A DNA stretch of 64,000 nucleotides, taken from assembly GCA_041659265.1 (NCBI GenBank), contig JBAZYP010000003.1:101221-165220 (forward strand), read 5' to 3'. This stretch comes from Candidatus Pacearchaeota archaeon. GTDB lineage: Archaea > Nanobdellota > Nanobdellia > Pacearchaeales > GW2011-AR1. The notes below the pieces were generated by a model. That model was given only the letters and a program-made list of their open reading frames with translations. It searched no databases and was not told where the DNA came from. The position numbers and the translations under genes are program-made. Positions 30,444 through 41,034 of the stretch are shown in pieces; the first letter of the stretch is position 1; each line of letters starts with the position of its first letter.

Positions 30444-31670
30444 ATGGAAACTTCATTAGCATTTGTTTTAGCAGGTGGAAAGGGAGATAGGCTCTCACCA
30501 CTAACAGATTTTAGGGCAAAACCAGCTGTGCCTTTTTCAAGATATAGGATAATTGACCATAATGTAAGTTCATTAATTAATGCAGGTGTAGCTAAGATTT
30601 TCCTTCTTCCACAATATCAACCACTATCTCTTGATGTTCATTCTGATAAAGCTTATCCTCATACAGATATGCGCCTTGAAAAAATAGTTAGATTAGCTTA
30701 TCCAAGGGAAATAAGAAAAGAAAGAGGAGAGACTGAATTTGCATGGTATTTAGGTACTGCTCATGCAGTTAAACAAAATATTGAATTAATAGAAAAATAT
30801 ACTCCAGATCATGTATTAGTTTTTGCTGGAGACCATGTCTGTTCAGTGAATGTAGCAGATATGCTTGATAAACATCATAAGGAAAAAAGAGATTTAACAA
30901 TAGCTGTTGAAGTAAGACAATTAAAAGAATCTGATTTTGAAATAGGAAAAGATAAGCAATTAAGATATAAATATGGAATAATTGACAGCGATAAAAATAA
31001 TAGAATTTTAGGGTTTAGGGAAAAACCATTAAGAAATGAAATGGGTAAACCTGGTGATGAAGTCCTTGTATCAATGGGAAATTATGTTTTTCATACAGAT
31101 CCATTAATGGACGCATTAAATGAAGTTAATGAAAAATTTAATGATTTTGGAAAAAATGTAATTCCAAGCATGTTAAATAAGAAAATGGATTTATTTATTT
31201 ACAGATTTAATGGTTATTGGAGAGATGTCGGAGATGTGGTTTCTTATTTTAATGCATGTATGGATTTAAATCAAATTCATCCACCATTAGACTATAAACA
31301 ATTAAGAAAAGAAAAAAGACCCATTATAACTGAAGGTGGAGAAATTCCTCCAACAAGGTTTGAAAGTCAAGGTAAAATTTCAACTGTTTCAGAAGGTAGT
31401 GAGATTTACGGAACAATTGAAAATTGTGTATTAGGTCAAAATGTCTATATTGGAAAAGGAAGTATTGTTAGAGATTCTATAATCTTTCCAGGAGTTATTA
31501 TTGAAGAAGGTGTTAATATAAGAAATGCAATAATTGATAAAAATAATACAATTCCTAGGGGTATAACTATTGGATGTTATGATCAACCGGGAGATAGATT
31601 AAAGCAATTCTATACTATTCCAAAAGATAATGATTACATAGCTGTTGTTCCTAAGGGTTTATTAAAATAA
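30444..31670 (+). CDS. glgC: Glucose-1-phosphate adenylyltransferase
   Basis: LAGGKGDRLSPLT..RAKPAVPF, WYLGTA.AV.QN, SMGNYVF, DFGK, YWRDVG, C-terminal beta-helix. Confidence 0.9.
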   Translation: METSLAFVLAGGKGDRLSPLTDFRAKPAVPFSRYRIIDHNVSSLINAGVAKIFLLPQYQPLSLDVHSDKAYPHTDMRLEKIVRLAYPREIRKERGETEFAWYLGTAHAVKQNIELIEKYTPDHVLVFAGDHVCSVNVADMLDKHHKEKRDLTIAVEVRQLKESDFEIGKDKQLRYKYGIIDSDKNNRILGFREKPLRNEMGKPGDEVLVSMGNYVFHTDPLMDALNEVNEKFNDFGKNVIPSMLNKKMDLFIYRFNGYWRDVGDVVSYFNACMDLNQIHPPLDYKQLRKEKRPIITEGGEIPPTRFESQGKISTVSEGSEIYGTIENCVLGQNVYIGKGSIVRDSIIFPGVIIEEGVNIRNAIIDKNNTIPRGITIGCYDQPGDRLKQFYTIPKDNDYIAVVPKGLLK

Positions 31671-31766
31671 AATAATGGGATTCTAATATTATTCTATGTT
31701 GGTTTATTATTCTTTTTTAAAATAATTATAATTTCATAATTTACTTTTGAAATTATAACAAAATGA

Positions 31767-32504
31767 TTATTGTTCTCTTCTATAAAATCTAATGATAGCT
31801 ATAATCATTAATATCTCTCCAAGAATAAATATTAACCAATTATAACTAACCGGAATAAAACTAGATACTAATTGATTAAATTCTATATTAGTTAGAAGAT
31901 TAAAATAATCTCCTAAAAATCCATTTTTATAAATTAAATTAAAATAATCTTTCATCCAAGTATAAAGCATCAAAATTCCTCCACTAAAAAGCAATATCCA
32001 TTCAGACTTCATAATTTTTATTTTTTTACCCTTATCTTCAAAATTAATTATTAAAAAAGAAAAAACAATCATGGTTATTGAACATATGATAGGTGCAGCA
32101 ACAGGGCCTAACCAGGGTATAGGTATTAAAAATAATATATCCCATGTAAATAATGAACTTGGCCAATCTAATATCACCTTTAGCCATATATAATAGAATA
32201 TATCCCAAATAGCAAAGCTAAACATAAAGTATGCAAATCTTTCATGAAACTTTTTAGCAGCTAGTATTGCAATAGTTACTAACATAACTATTGTAAAAAA
32301 TTCTCTAATAACTTCAAGACTATAAATATTAGAATCCATATTTGGATTTAATGGAAAATTAAATCCCTTTGGATAATACATCATTCGTAGATAAACTACA
32401 ATTATGGTTTCTAAAAAAGCCATTGCAATAGCAAATATACCAATTGTCAAAAATTTCTTAACACTATCTTTTTTCATGATTAAATTCTTGTATTTACTAT
32501 GCAC
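31767..32504 (-). CDS. Conserved multi-TM membrane protein (start probably 32477)
   Basis: FAIAMAFLE..IVVYLR, E..RE..TIVML, WDIFYY.WL, WDILFLIP.PW.GPV. Confidence 0.8.
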   Translation of the reverse strand: MHSKYKNLIMKKDSVKKFLTIGIFAIAMAFLETIIVVYLRMMYYPKGFNFPLNPNMDSNIYSLEVIREFFTIVMLVTIAILAAKKFHERFAYFMFSFAIWDIFYYIWLKVILDWPSSLFTWDILFLIPIPWLGPVAAPIICSITMIVFSFLIINFEDKGKKIKIMKSEWILLFSGGILMLYTWMKDYFNLIYKNGFLGDYFNLLTNIEFNQLVSSFIPVSYNWLIFILGEILMIIAIIRFYRREQ

Positions 32505-32652
32505 TTATTACTGGTTTATGAGGTCTCTTCAGATGAAATTCGCAATTAGGTTTCTTGCAAGCTCTTCCAAGCCATTCTTCGCACTTATCACAATAATAGG
32601 AATCAAATTCCTTATTGTAAGTGTCTTCGTTTCCACAATATTTGCATTTCAT
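32497..32652 (-). CDS. Unlisted 51-aa zinc-finger microprotein
   Basis: Manual translation MKCKYCGNEDTYNKEFDSYYCDKCEEWLGRACKKPNCEFHLKRPHKPVISA. Confidence 0.7.
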   Translation of the reverse strand: MKCKYCGNEDTYNKEFDSYYCDKCEEWLGRACKKPNCEFHLKRPHKPVISA

Positions 32653-32829
32653 TTATTTATCAAGTTTATCTAGTTATTATATCTTACTTATTTTTGTTAC
32701 TATTTTAAAGGCTAAAAAAGAATTTTATAGGGTTTTTAAGGCTTAAAAAACCATAATTTAAAATAATGATTTTCACTATGAAGTAGTAATATTTATATAA
32801 TCTTATATAATATATTTCCTAGATTAAAA

Positions 32830-33480
32830 ATGAATAGACAAATATTGACTGAATTTACTCTTGAAAACTTAGATTTAATCGCAAATCTATATGGGGCTAT
32901 TAGAAGGTTATCATCTAAAGATGGTGCTGAGGGTTTAATCTATGAACCAATTATTGATAAAGAAAATAATCTCCAGAGTATAAATTATAATATTGAAAGA
33001 TTGACTGAATATCTCTCTTTTTTTGCAGAAGACTCAAAAAGATTATCAGAAAAACTTAAGTTAGAAATGATTAAAAAAAAATCCTTATTTTTTGATTTTC
33101 ATCCATCAAAAACCTATAAAGAAGGTCAATTATCCGGCCGCCCATTGATATATCTTGGGCATATTACTGATAAAAGAACTGTTAATATTTATGGAAAAGA
33201 TCATGAATTTTTTGAATGCAGATCTAATGAAGACTCGTACCCTGGTTTTCAGTATCCTAAAGAAATGTATAATGCGAGTGGAGTATATACAAATGGAGAA
33301 TATACCTGGTTTGATAATCCTAATGTATTTGAGCATAATAGTATTGAAGAAGAAACGTTCTATCTTGATAATGGCATTGAACTGCCCCTAAGATCTCATA
33401 TGAAAGTTTTGGATAGGTTTAGTCTTGAAGAACTTATTGTATTCAAAAGATTAGGTGAAAAAAACTATAAAATTTCTTAG
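32830..33480 (+). CDS. Hypothetical protein
   Basis: 216-aa ORF with an upstream TTTATATA. Confidence 0.6.
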   Translation: MNRQILTEFTLENLDLIANLYGAIRRLSSKDGAEGLIYEPIIDKENNLQSINYNIERLTEYLSFFAEDSKRLSEKLKLEMIKKKSLFFDFHPSKTYKEGQLSGRPLIYLGHITDKRTVNIYGKDHEFFECRSNEDSYPGFQYPKEMYNASGVYTNGEYTWFDNPNVFEHNSIEEETFYLDNGIELPLRSHMKVLDRFSLEELIVFKRLGEKNYKIS

Positions 33481-33530
33481 ACCCCTTAAATTCTTTGATT
33501 AGTATTTTTTCTTATAAAAATTTACTTGTT

Positions 33531-36500
33531 TTATTCAGTAAAAATTCTTGTCTTGATAAATTGCCGCATTGCATCAGGATTTCTATATTCTGTGAATGCA
33601 GCAGGAGTGAAGGTATCTTCTACAAATGTTTCAGGGTTTCTTATGACTAAAGAAACTGTACCATCAGATTCTAATCTATAAAGTTCATGATAAATTGGTC
33701 CAGATGGGGTATTTTGTATAGTATAAAACGCAGGATTTCGTTCACTAATTGGTTTTGCAAGTTCTGCAATTACTCTGTCAGTTACATCAAATGCACCAGC
33801 ATTATCAATATTAGTATACTTCTTTACTAATGCCGGATCAAGCATACCAATATATGCTCTCTGGTGCTCAGGTAATGTAACTGAAATCATTTTGGAATAT
33901 TCCTTGCCTGAAACAGGATTTAAAACTGATTCAGACAATATTTCATCAAACATTCCATACATTTCATTTCTTCTTATAATTAAACTTGCATCTTTTGATG
34001 TACCCCATCTTCCAATTTCTCTAAGGTTACCAAAAAAGTCTCCTGTTGGAGAATCAAAAGTGCTCATTGAACCTGCAACTTTTCCATCAATCTGGATATT
34101 ATAAGTTTCAGCACGGCCAACTTTATTCAAAATCTTTTGTTTTGTATAAACTGCATAGGGTCTTAGTTTTTCATTTGCAGCATTAGCATAATCAATAAAA
34201 ACAACTTCTGCATTCTCAACAAGATCTGCTGAAGCAACAACTCGTGATTGTGATATTGGATGTATTGCAGATTGAGAAAATCTTGCAGCAGGTTCTGAGT
34301 TATAATATTTCATCAAGGCACGTCTTGCATCCGGATGTTCTCTTATGAATGCATTTGTCATTTCTTCAGGATTAAATATATCTACAATATCTGCACTATC
34401 AATATCAGATAAAATTTTTGATAATTCCTCACCTTGATAATTATTTAAGACATAATCTTTAAAATCCTCGGTAAGTGCGCTAACATCTGTCAACTTTTTT
34501 GAACCAAACTGCATTCTTCTAGCTCTATCAGTTAAAGTCTTAAGTTCTTTGAAATATACCTTTTCTAATTCACGTTCAACTCCAGTGTCATCAATTAGGT
34601 TACGTAGAGCTGTTGTTCCATCAGGATTCTTTACTCTTACTTTAATATCAGGAAAAGTTATTGTTCCACCATTTGCAGCTGGTTCGAATTTAAGATTAGA
34701 GAAATCAGCATGATTCCTTAAAATATTCTCAGCTCTTGTTGGATATTTTCTTTTTAATCCAGAATTAATCTTTACAATATCTGCTTCTTCAATAATTATT
34801 GTTCCTGATTTTCTTACTTGGAGTGATGGATTATTAAAAAAACCAGTACCTGTTGGTGTTTCTAATAAGTTCTTTAATTGATTTGTTGCTGCAAACGGAT
34901 CTTCCATGTTCCTTATAACTTTCATAGCATCATATTGTTTATAGAAAATATCTGCCTCAGCCTTTGTAAGCTTGGATAGACTTCTGTACATTTTTTCAGC
35001 ATGAGTCCTTTCAACAAGATCAATTATTTCCTCTGCAACATCAACAGCTGAACTTTCAATTTCTGCAGCTGTAGCTGTAGATTTGCCTCTAAAAATCCTC
35101 CATCTTGATGTTCCGTCAGGAGCAGGAGTTGTTTTTAAAACAAGAATAACTTCATCTGCAACCTTGCTTTCTAATACTCCAACCCTGGTAAGGATATTTG
35201 TTCCTACTCTTTTTATAATCCTCAATGTAAAAGGAAGAGCTTTAGAAAGTACAGCTCCTGTAGCAATATTAAAAAGACCTTCTCCAACATCTGTAAGGAC
35301 AGCATCAGTCATACTATCATATTCTTCAGGGTTTAATTTGTATCTTATTGCATTTACTCCACCTGTAAAATAAAATGGCAGTTCCAACATTGTTTGCATC
35401 AATGCAGCATTTCCATTATAACCATTTGCCATTTCAATATAATCAGAACCAACAGTTTCATCAGATACTGAAACAATTTGACTGTCATGAACATACCAAC
35501 CAACTATCACGAGATGATATGCACCATGACCACCTTCATAGACTTTATCTTTTTTTGCTTTAAAAGAAGTCTTAACCTTAAGATTCTCATGGATATAAAC
35601 ATCTTCTGGTGTTGTTCTTTTTCCTGCTGCAACCTGAAGGTCTTTAAAAAAACTAAAGCACATAGAGAAAATAGTCTTAGGGTCAGCTACCCCATAATCA
35701 TTTACAATAGGATAACTTATCTGTACTTTTCTTACAATTTTTAATTTCTCTAATGCTTTCATCTCTGCATCTGAGATAAGATTGTAGTTCCTGATATATT
35801 CAAATTTCTGTTCCTTGGTAATATCAGTTCTTAATGCAGTTTTCGATGAAAGATCAATCGCTTTCATTAATTTTGCCCATGCATCTTTTGGATGAATATT
35901 ATAATCCACAAATCTTCCTTGCATATTTTGTGCATTTACTTTTATTATAGGTAACCTAGAAAAATAATAATCTGCAATTTCTTGATATGTTGCACCATCA
36001 GGACCATAATTAAAACTTCTCGGTTTATCATCAAACTCTTTATAGACCGAGTAATAGTTTATCGGGCAAACCTCCGGATCAGTTATAACTTTTCCTGTAA
36101 ATCCAACATCGTATAAATAACCAGTGCCACATGAAAATTCCAGACTAGGATTTAGTTTAAGATCTGTTATGCATAAAGCTTTTTCACTATTGCAAGTCGG
36201 ACATTTGAGTGTTAACATTTTTTTTGAAAAATAACCATTAAATATCTCACGAAAGTAACCATTAGGATTATTTGATAGGGATTTTGTTGTAATAGTATTA
36301 TCAGAATTAGTTAATAATAGAGAACAAGAGCCAGCTGACTTTGTTGCTCCACGCAAGACAAAAATATTATATTCATTATAAGGTAGGAAGAAGACATCTT
36401 TTTCACTTGTAGTGGGACTAACTAAAAACTCAATATTTGTCCATGTTAGTTCAGGTGTAATATTGCATGTACCAGTTTGGCAAGAATTTATACGAGGACT

Positions 36501-39500
36501 TTTAAGGAGCTTTATTTCTGTTGACTTGCTTGTAAAAGTTGTGCATAATTGGTTTGTTTTTAGATAATCATTGATAAGAGTAAAGATTTCAGCTCCAGCA
36601 GATGTTTGAGTACCGTTAATAGCTGTATATGTTAAGCTGTTGCAATCATTATAAAAATCCAATCTTGGCTGATAACTTGAATTTGTCTCATTAGTAGTAT
36701 ATTTAATTATGACTGAAATAGAACTTGAATACAATGATAAATTATTCAATAAAGGAATTATTCTGTTGCAAAGTGTACAATCACTTGGATTGTCTGTTGT
36801 GAAGATAATATTTCCACAAGACTGTGGAACTGAATAAATATAATTAACATTAAATGTACTTGTTGTTTCTATAGAGGGCATTACTGATGTAAAATTCATG
36901 TACCTAGTTTCATTAGGTTTTAGAGTAACATTATAGTCTCCAATAATGAATGAACCCGTAGGAGGATGGATATGATATGTTAAGTTTATATCAAGATAAT
37001 TGAACAATTCAATTGACCCATTGAATAATTTACCTACTTCAAAATTTCTTGCATAAATCCATTGAACACTAGTCCCATTAGAGCCATTTTTCCACATGTT
37101 TCTGACATAACTTTCTCCTTTGTTGCAATATTGATTGCATCCACATTGAGAGTTCGAAGTGCACGAATCATTGATTATCTTGCATGAGGATCTTGTTGAT
37201 TCACTTCCATTACAACATCCGATTTTTCCAGATATTGAGCAATTATTAAAAATTGGTACTTTTAAACAAGTTCCATTGAAACTTTCTTTTGGTTCAGCTT
37301 TAAAGACAAAATTATATGTATCAGATATATCTGAACTAATACTACATTCAAGAGGATTATTATTTATATAATTATTTACACATGATTCAAATCCAACAGT
37401 ACCAGAGCAGACTTTTCTATTATCTCTATTTAATGCAACCGGATAGTTTGATAAGCCATATCTTGTTTCAAATCTTGTTTTACAATATTTCTGTATATAT
37501 CCATTATAACTAGAGGTTGCAAAGTCAAAAATATTAAAAGATCTAAAAGGTAGGGGATATATGTTCTGCATTATTTTTATGATATGATTAATTGTTTTTT
37601 GTCTTGTTAAACAAACACTTTCAGCTTTTGAATCATATAATATTTTTATGCAATTCATTCCACCAGGTACTGAGAGATCTAATTTATTTATACCTTTTTG
37701 AGGTATTGATTTTTTAATCTCAAAAACAAAACTATAATCTAAAAAATTAGTAGCATAATTAAAATTAATTATTTTATTCTGTTTAGCTAAAATTGTTCCT
37801 TTAATGGGTTCATTAATAAAATTTGAAGCTTCTACTCCAATTAAAATCTGACTAGTATCATAATAAACACTTTTTAAGATTACTTCATACTTTATTGGCA
37901 CATCAAAAGGATTTGATATGACTATAGGTTCTGTAATAAGTTTTCCAGGTTTAATGTTCAAATATACAAAATCATTACCTTTTTTTATGATTTTTTCACT
38001 ATTATAATACTTGCAATATTCACAACTTGAACAGGCTTGATTATTTTGAGAACAAGTTTTTCCAATGACTTTTGTACAAATTCCAGATGAACATTTTCCA
38101 GATTTTATTACTCCTTTTCCATTATAAGGATCTTTTTCATAAAATGTACATGACTTTCCATTTTTAGTCGAGTCAGCAATACAACCTGCATTTGGATTAT
38201 TAATATCGCATGTTTCACATTCAGAACAAACTTTAGAAATTCTATCAGCTCTTAAATATGCCCAATCAAAAATACCTGAATATGAATCTCTTAGGACAAG
38301 ATCAGGAAGAAAGGAGTATTCAACAATTATATCTCTGTTGGAAATAACTCCAAGACTATCCTGTTTATAACATTTTTTTGGGGGATTAGCGGGTGGAGAA
38401 CATTTATTTCCTGATTGAGAACAAACATAGGATGTTGTATATTGATCTGTTCTAGAATGTACAGTAACTTTATACCATCCAGAAGTATTGAAAATTTTGC
38501 ATGTATTGCTTGCAGTGCAAGGTATTTCAGTTCTTTCATAATTATATATTGGAGGGTAAGAGATATCACATCTATAGGTTTTTGTTTCAGTCTGAGTACA
38601 TTTTTTTGGTACAGGGCAGATTGGATTAGGAGTATTACAAGTACTAATATTAGAACAATAAGCCATACCCCAACATTGATGAATGCACGCCCCATTAGAG
38701 CATTGCTGACAATTATTTTTTTGTTTACATTGATCTATTATAGAACTAGTTAATGATGTTTGATTATAATAACATGATTCGCAAAGGTTTGGATTAGGAC
38801 TTTCACTTAAAGATTGACCATTAAAACAAAATGAACAGCTGCCATTAATAGCAGGCATAGTTGATGAACAATTTCCATTAGAACATGTTTGACAAGCTGT
38901 ATAATTGCATTTTGATTTGCATGCACCACCATTGCATGTCTGACATCCAGTGCAGGTTGAAGTGCAATTCTTTTTTGAAGAATCATATTGTAAACAATTA
39001 CTTTCACTGCAAGTAGAACACTGAGTGCCATTCCAAGGAAGTCCTTTCTTGCAATCAAATGAACAATTTCCAGGATCATCAACAATAGCAAAACCAGTTA
39101 TTGCATCAGCGGTTATAGTTGGTTTTTCTTTTCCAAGAAATAATCCTTTAATGAATTTATTAAAGCCTACTAACCTTTCTCCAAAAGATTTTTCATTAGG
39201 TTCTTTTTGTGTTATTATTACTTCTGGTTTAATTTCTTCATTTTCTTCTACGGGTTTTAATGAACTTAATGTACCTAAATTATCTATTTCATATTCACAT
39301 TGACATTCATCTTTTATTGAACTTACAAGAGTCCAGGTTCCACATCTTCCTCCGCATCCATCTTCACTGCATGAATATATATTATTTGAACAATGAGGGA
39401 CACAGGTTCCATCGCATACTCCATTAGTACATGTTTGACCTACTTGACAAGTTCCACATGTTCCAGAACATCCATCTGATCCACAAGTCTTTCCAGCACA

Positions 39501-40937
39501 ATTTGGAATGCAACTTCCAACACATTGTCCATTAGTGCATGTTTGACCTACTTGACAAGTTCCACATGTTCCTCCACATCCATTATCTCCACAAGTCTTT
39601 CCAGCACAATTTGGAATGCAACTTCCAACACATTGTCCATTAGTACATGTTTGACCTACTTGACAAGTTCCACATGTTCCTCCGCATTCATTATCTCCGC
39701 AAGTCTTTCCAAAACAATTAGGTAAACATGATGGCCCACAAACTCCATTATTGCAAAAATTACCAATCATACAAGTCCCACAGCTTCCTGAACATCCATC
39801 AGATCCACAATTTTTTCCAGCACAATTAGGTAGACAACTTTGATAACATAAACCTGATTTACATTCATAATTAGTTGGACATGTTCCGCATGTTCCTCCA
39901 CATCCATTATCTCCACAATATTTTCCAGAACAACTAGGAATACATGATGGATTAGAACATTGATAATTAGAATTACAAACTAATGGAGAAGTGCATGTTC
40001 CACAAAATCCAGAACAACCATCTGGACCACATTGTTTATTGGTGCACGATGGAGTGCAGGTAGTTATACAGTTGCCATTTGAACAGGTTTGACCAATTGG
40101 ACATATTCCACAAGTTAGATAAGATCCACATCCATCAGACCATGAGCCACAAGATTTTCCAAGTATAGGACATGTTGTTGGAGTGCATGGATTAATTGGA
40201 GGAAGAATTGGATTAGTGATTGGTGTTGTAGGGTTTGTTGGATATGAAGGAGGAGTTAATATTGGAAGAGTAAAAATATAATTATAATCAGAAGTTATAT
40301 CACTTGCAGATATTGCAGAATTATATACTCTAACTTCATCTATAGCACCTTTAAATGGATACCATAAACTACTTCTTCCATCACCAAAAGAAAATTTATA
40401 TGTTGAATAATAAGTTACAGTTCCAGGAGCATTTAATGTATTATCTAAAACTCCATCAATATAAATCTTCATAGATGTTCCATCATAAGTAAAGACTAGA
40501 TTATACCAAGTGTTATCAAGAAGTTTTTTTATTGAATAGACTGATTTTTGGGTTCCAGCAATATTCATTGAAAATATTATCCTTCCATCAGACATGAAAC
40601 CAAAATAAGGTAAATGCTGACCCATAAACATATTATATGTATTCAGTGAAGAATATCTTTTAACCCATAAAGAATAAGTCATCTGATTACCTTTTCCTGT
40701 AAGTAAATCTTTTGTTTCTAATCTGGATAAACCATCAAATGACAAGGCTTTTCCATTCTTGCCTTCAATAAAAGTTGTTGTACCAACAACTGTAGCAGGA
40801 TTTGTTGGATTATAAAAATCAATTATGCTATCATCAAATTTATAATGAATTATAGGACTAACAGCGCTAATATTTAAAATATTAGCTAATATTATCCCTA
40901 ATAAGATTACGAATATCCACACTCTTTTACTTGTCAT
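33531..40937 (-). CDS. Giant secreted protein: LamG/ConA-like domain, Cys-rich repeats, Ig-like domains and a distinct C-terminal (toxin-like) region
   Basis: Signal peptide; WYNLVFTYDG..MKIYIDG...FKGAIDEVRVYN; CxPxCxGKxCGxDGCGGxCGxC repeats; compositional switch in the last ~750 aa. Confidence 0.8.
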   Translation of the reverse strand: MTSKRVWIFVILLGIILANILNISAVSPIIHYKFDDSIIDFYNPTNPATVVGTTTFIEGKNGKALSFDGLSRLETKDLLTGKGNQMTYSLWVKRYSSLNTYNMFMGQHLPYFGFMSDGRIIFSMNIAGTQKSVYSIKKLLDNTWYNLVFTYDGTSMKIYIDGVLDNTLNAPGTVTYYSTYKFSFGDGRSSLWYPFKGAIDEVRVYNSAISASDITSDYNYIFTLPILTPPSYPTNPTTPITNPILPPINPCTPTTCPILGKSCGSWSDGCGSYLTCGICPIGQTCSNGNCITTCTPSCTNKQCGPDGCSGFCGTCTSPLVCNSNYQCSNPSCIPSCSGKYCGDNGCGGTCGTCPTNYECKSGLCYQSCLPNCAGKNCGSDGCSGSCGTCMIGNFCNNGVCGPSCLPNCFGKTCGDNECGGTCGTCQVGQTCTNGQCVGSCIPNCAGKTCGDNGCGGTCGTCQVGQTCTNGQCVGSCIPNCAGKTCGSDGCSGTCGTCQVGQTCTNGVCDGTCVPHCSNNIYSCSEDGCGGRCGTWTLVSSIKDECQCEYEIDNLGTLSSLKPVEENEEIKPEVIITQKEPNEKSFGERLVGFNKFIKGLFLGKEKPTITADAITGFAIVDDPGNCSFDCKKGLPWNGTQCSTCSESNCLQYDSSKKNCTSTCTGCQTCNGGACKSKCNYTACQTCSNGNCSSTMPAINGSCSFCFNGQSLSESPNPNLCESCYYNQTSLTSSIIDQCKQKNNCQQCSNGACIHQCWGMAYCSNISTCNTPNPICPVPKKCTQTETKTYRCDISYPPIYNYERTEIPCTASNTCKIFNTSGWYKVTVHSRTDQYTTSYVCSQSGNKCSPPANPPKKCYKQDSLGVISNRDIIVEYSFLPDLVLRDSYSGIFDWAYLRADRISKVCSECETCDINNPNAGCIADSTKNGKSCTFYEKDPYNGKGVIKSGKCSSGICTKVIGKTCSQNNQACSSCEYCKYYNSEKIIKKGNDFVYLNIKPGKLITEPIVISNPFDVPIKYEVILKSVYYDTSQILIGVEASNFINEPIKGTILAKQNKIINFNYATNFLDYSFVFEIKKSIPQKGINKLDLSVPGGMNCIKILYDSKAESVCLTRQKTINHIIKIMQNIYPLPFRSFNIFDFATSSYNGYIQKYCKTRFETRYGLSNYPVALNRDNRKVCSGTVGFESCVNNYINNNPLECSISSDISDTYNFVFKAEPKESFNGTCLKVPIFNNCSISGKIGCCNGSESTRSSCKIINDSCTSNSQCGCNQYCNKGESYVRNMWKNGSNGTSVQWIYARNFEVGKLFNGSIELFNYLDINLTYHIHPPTGSFIIGDYNVTLKPNETRYMNFTSVMPSIETTSTFNVNYIYSVPQSCGNIIFTTDNPSDCTLCNRIIPLLNNLSLYSSSISVIIKYTTNETNSSYQPRLDFYNDCNSLTYTAINGTQTSAGAEIFTLINDYLKTNQLCTTFTSKSTEIKLLKSPRINSCQTGTCNITPELTWTNIEFLVSPTTSEKDVFFLPYNEYNIFVLRGATKSAGSCSLLLTNSDNTITTKSLSNNPNGYFREIFNGYFSKKMLTLKCPTCNSEKALCITDLKLNPSLEFSCGTGYLYDVGFTGKVITDPEVCPINYYSVYKEFDDKPRSFNYGPDGATYQEIADYYFSRLPIIKVNAQNMQGRFVDYNIHPKDAWAKLMKAIDLSSKTALRTDITKEQKFEYIRNYNLISDAEMKALEKLKIVRKVQISYPIVNDYGVADPKTIFSMCFSFFKDLQVAAGKRTTPEDVYIHENLKVKTSFKAKKDKVYEGGHGAYHLVIVGWYVHDSQIVSVSDETVGSDYIEMANGYNGNAALMQTMLELPFYFTGGVNAIRYKLNPEEYDSMTDAVLTDVGEGLFNIATGAVLSKALPFTLRIIKRVGTNILTRVGVLESKVADEVILVLKTTPAPDGTSRWRIFRGKSTATAAEIESSAVDVAEEIIDLVERTHAEKMYRSLSKLTKAEADIFYKQYDAMKVIRNMEDPFAATNQLKNLLETPTGTGFFNNPSLQVRKSGTIIIEEADIVKINSGLKRKYPTRAENILRNHADFSNLKFEPAANGGTITFPDIKVRVKNPDGTTALRNLIDDTGVERELEKVYFKELKTLTDRARRMQFGSKKLTDVSALTEDFKDYVLNNYQGEELSKILSDIDSADIVDIFNPEEMTNAFIREHPDARRALMKYYNSEPAARFSQSAIHPISQSRVVASADLVENAEVVFIDYANAANEKLRPYAVYTKQKILNKVGRAETYNIQIDGKVAGSMSTFDSPTGDFFGNLREIGRWGTSKDASLIIRRNEMYGMFDEILSESVLNPVSGKEYSKMISVTLPEHQRAYIGMLDPALVKKYTNIDNAGAFDVTDRVIAELAKPISERNPAFYTIQNTPSGPIYHELYRLESDGTVSLVIRNPETFVEDTFTPAAFTEYRNPDAMRQFIKTRIFTE
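39421..39720 (-). repeat. Intragenic 108-bp (36-aa) near-identical tandem repeats
   Basis: ccattagt(a/g)catgtttgacc at 39421, 39529 and 39637. Confidence 0.9.
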
Positions 40938-41034
40938 CCATTATTTTAAAAGATAGACTAATATTTAAATTCTATTATAATAAAATAAAAAAAGATTCAC
41001 AACACTTAAAAATATCAATTACCTTAAATAGATT

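Noticed and set aside
33892-39725. Short ORFs overlapping the 2468-aa gene (e.g. 35083, 38327, 38415, 39025, 39525)
   Set aside because: Antisense or alternate-frame shadows of a long coding sequence
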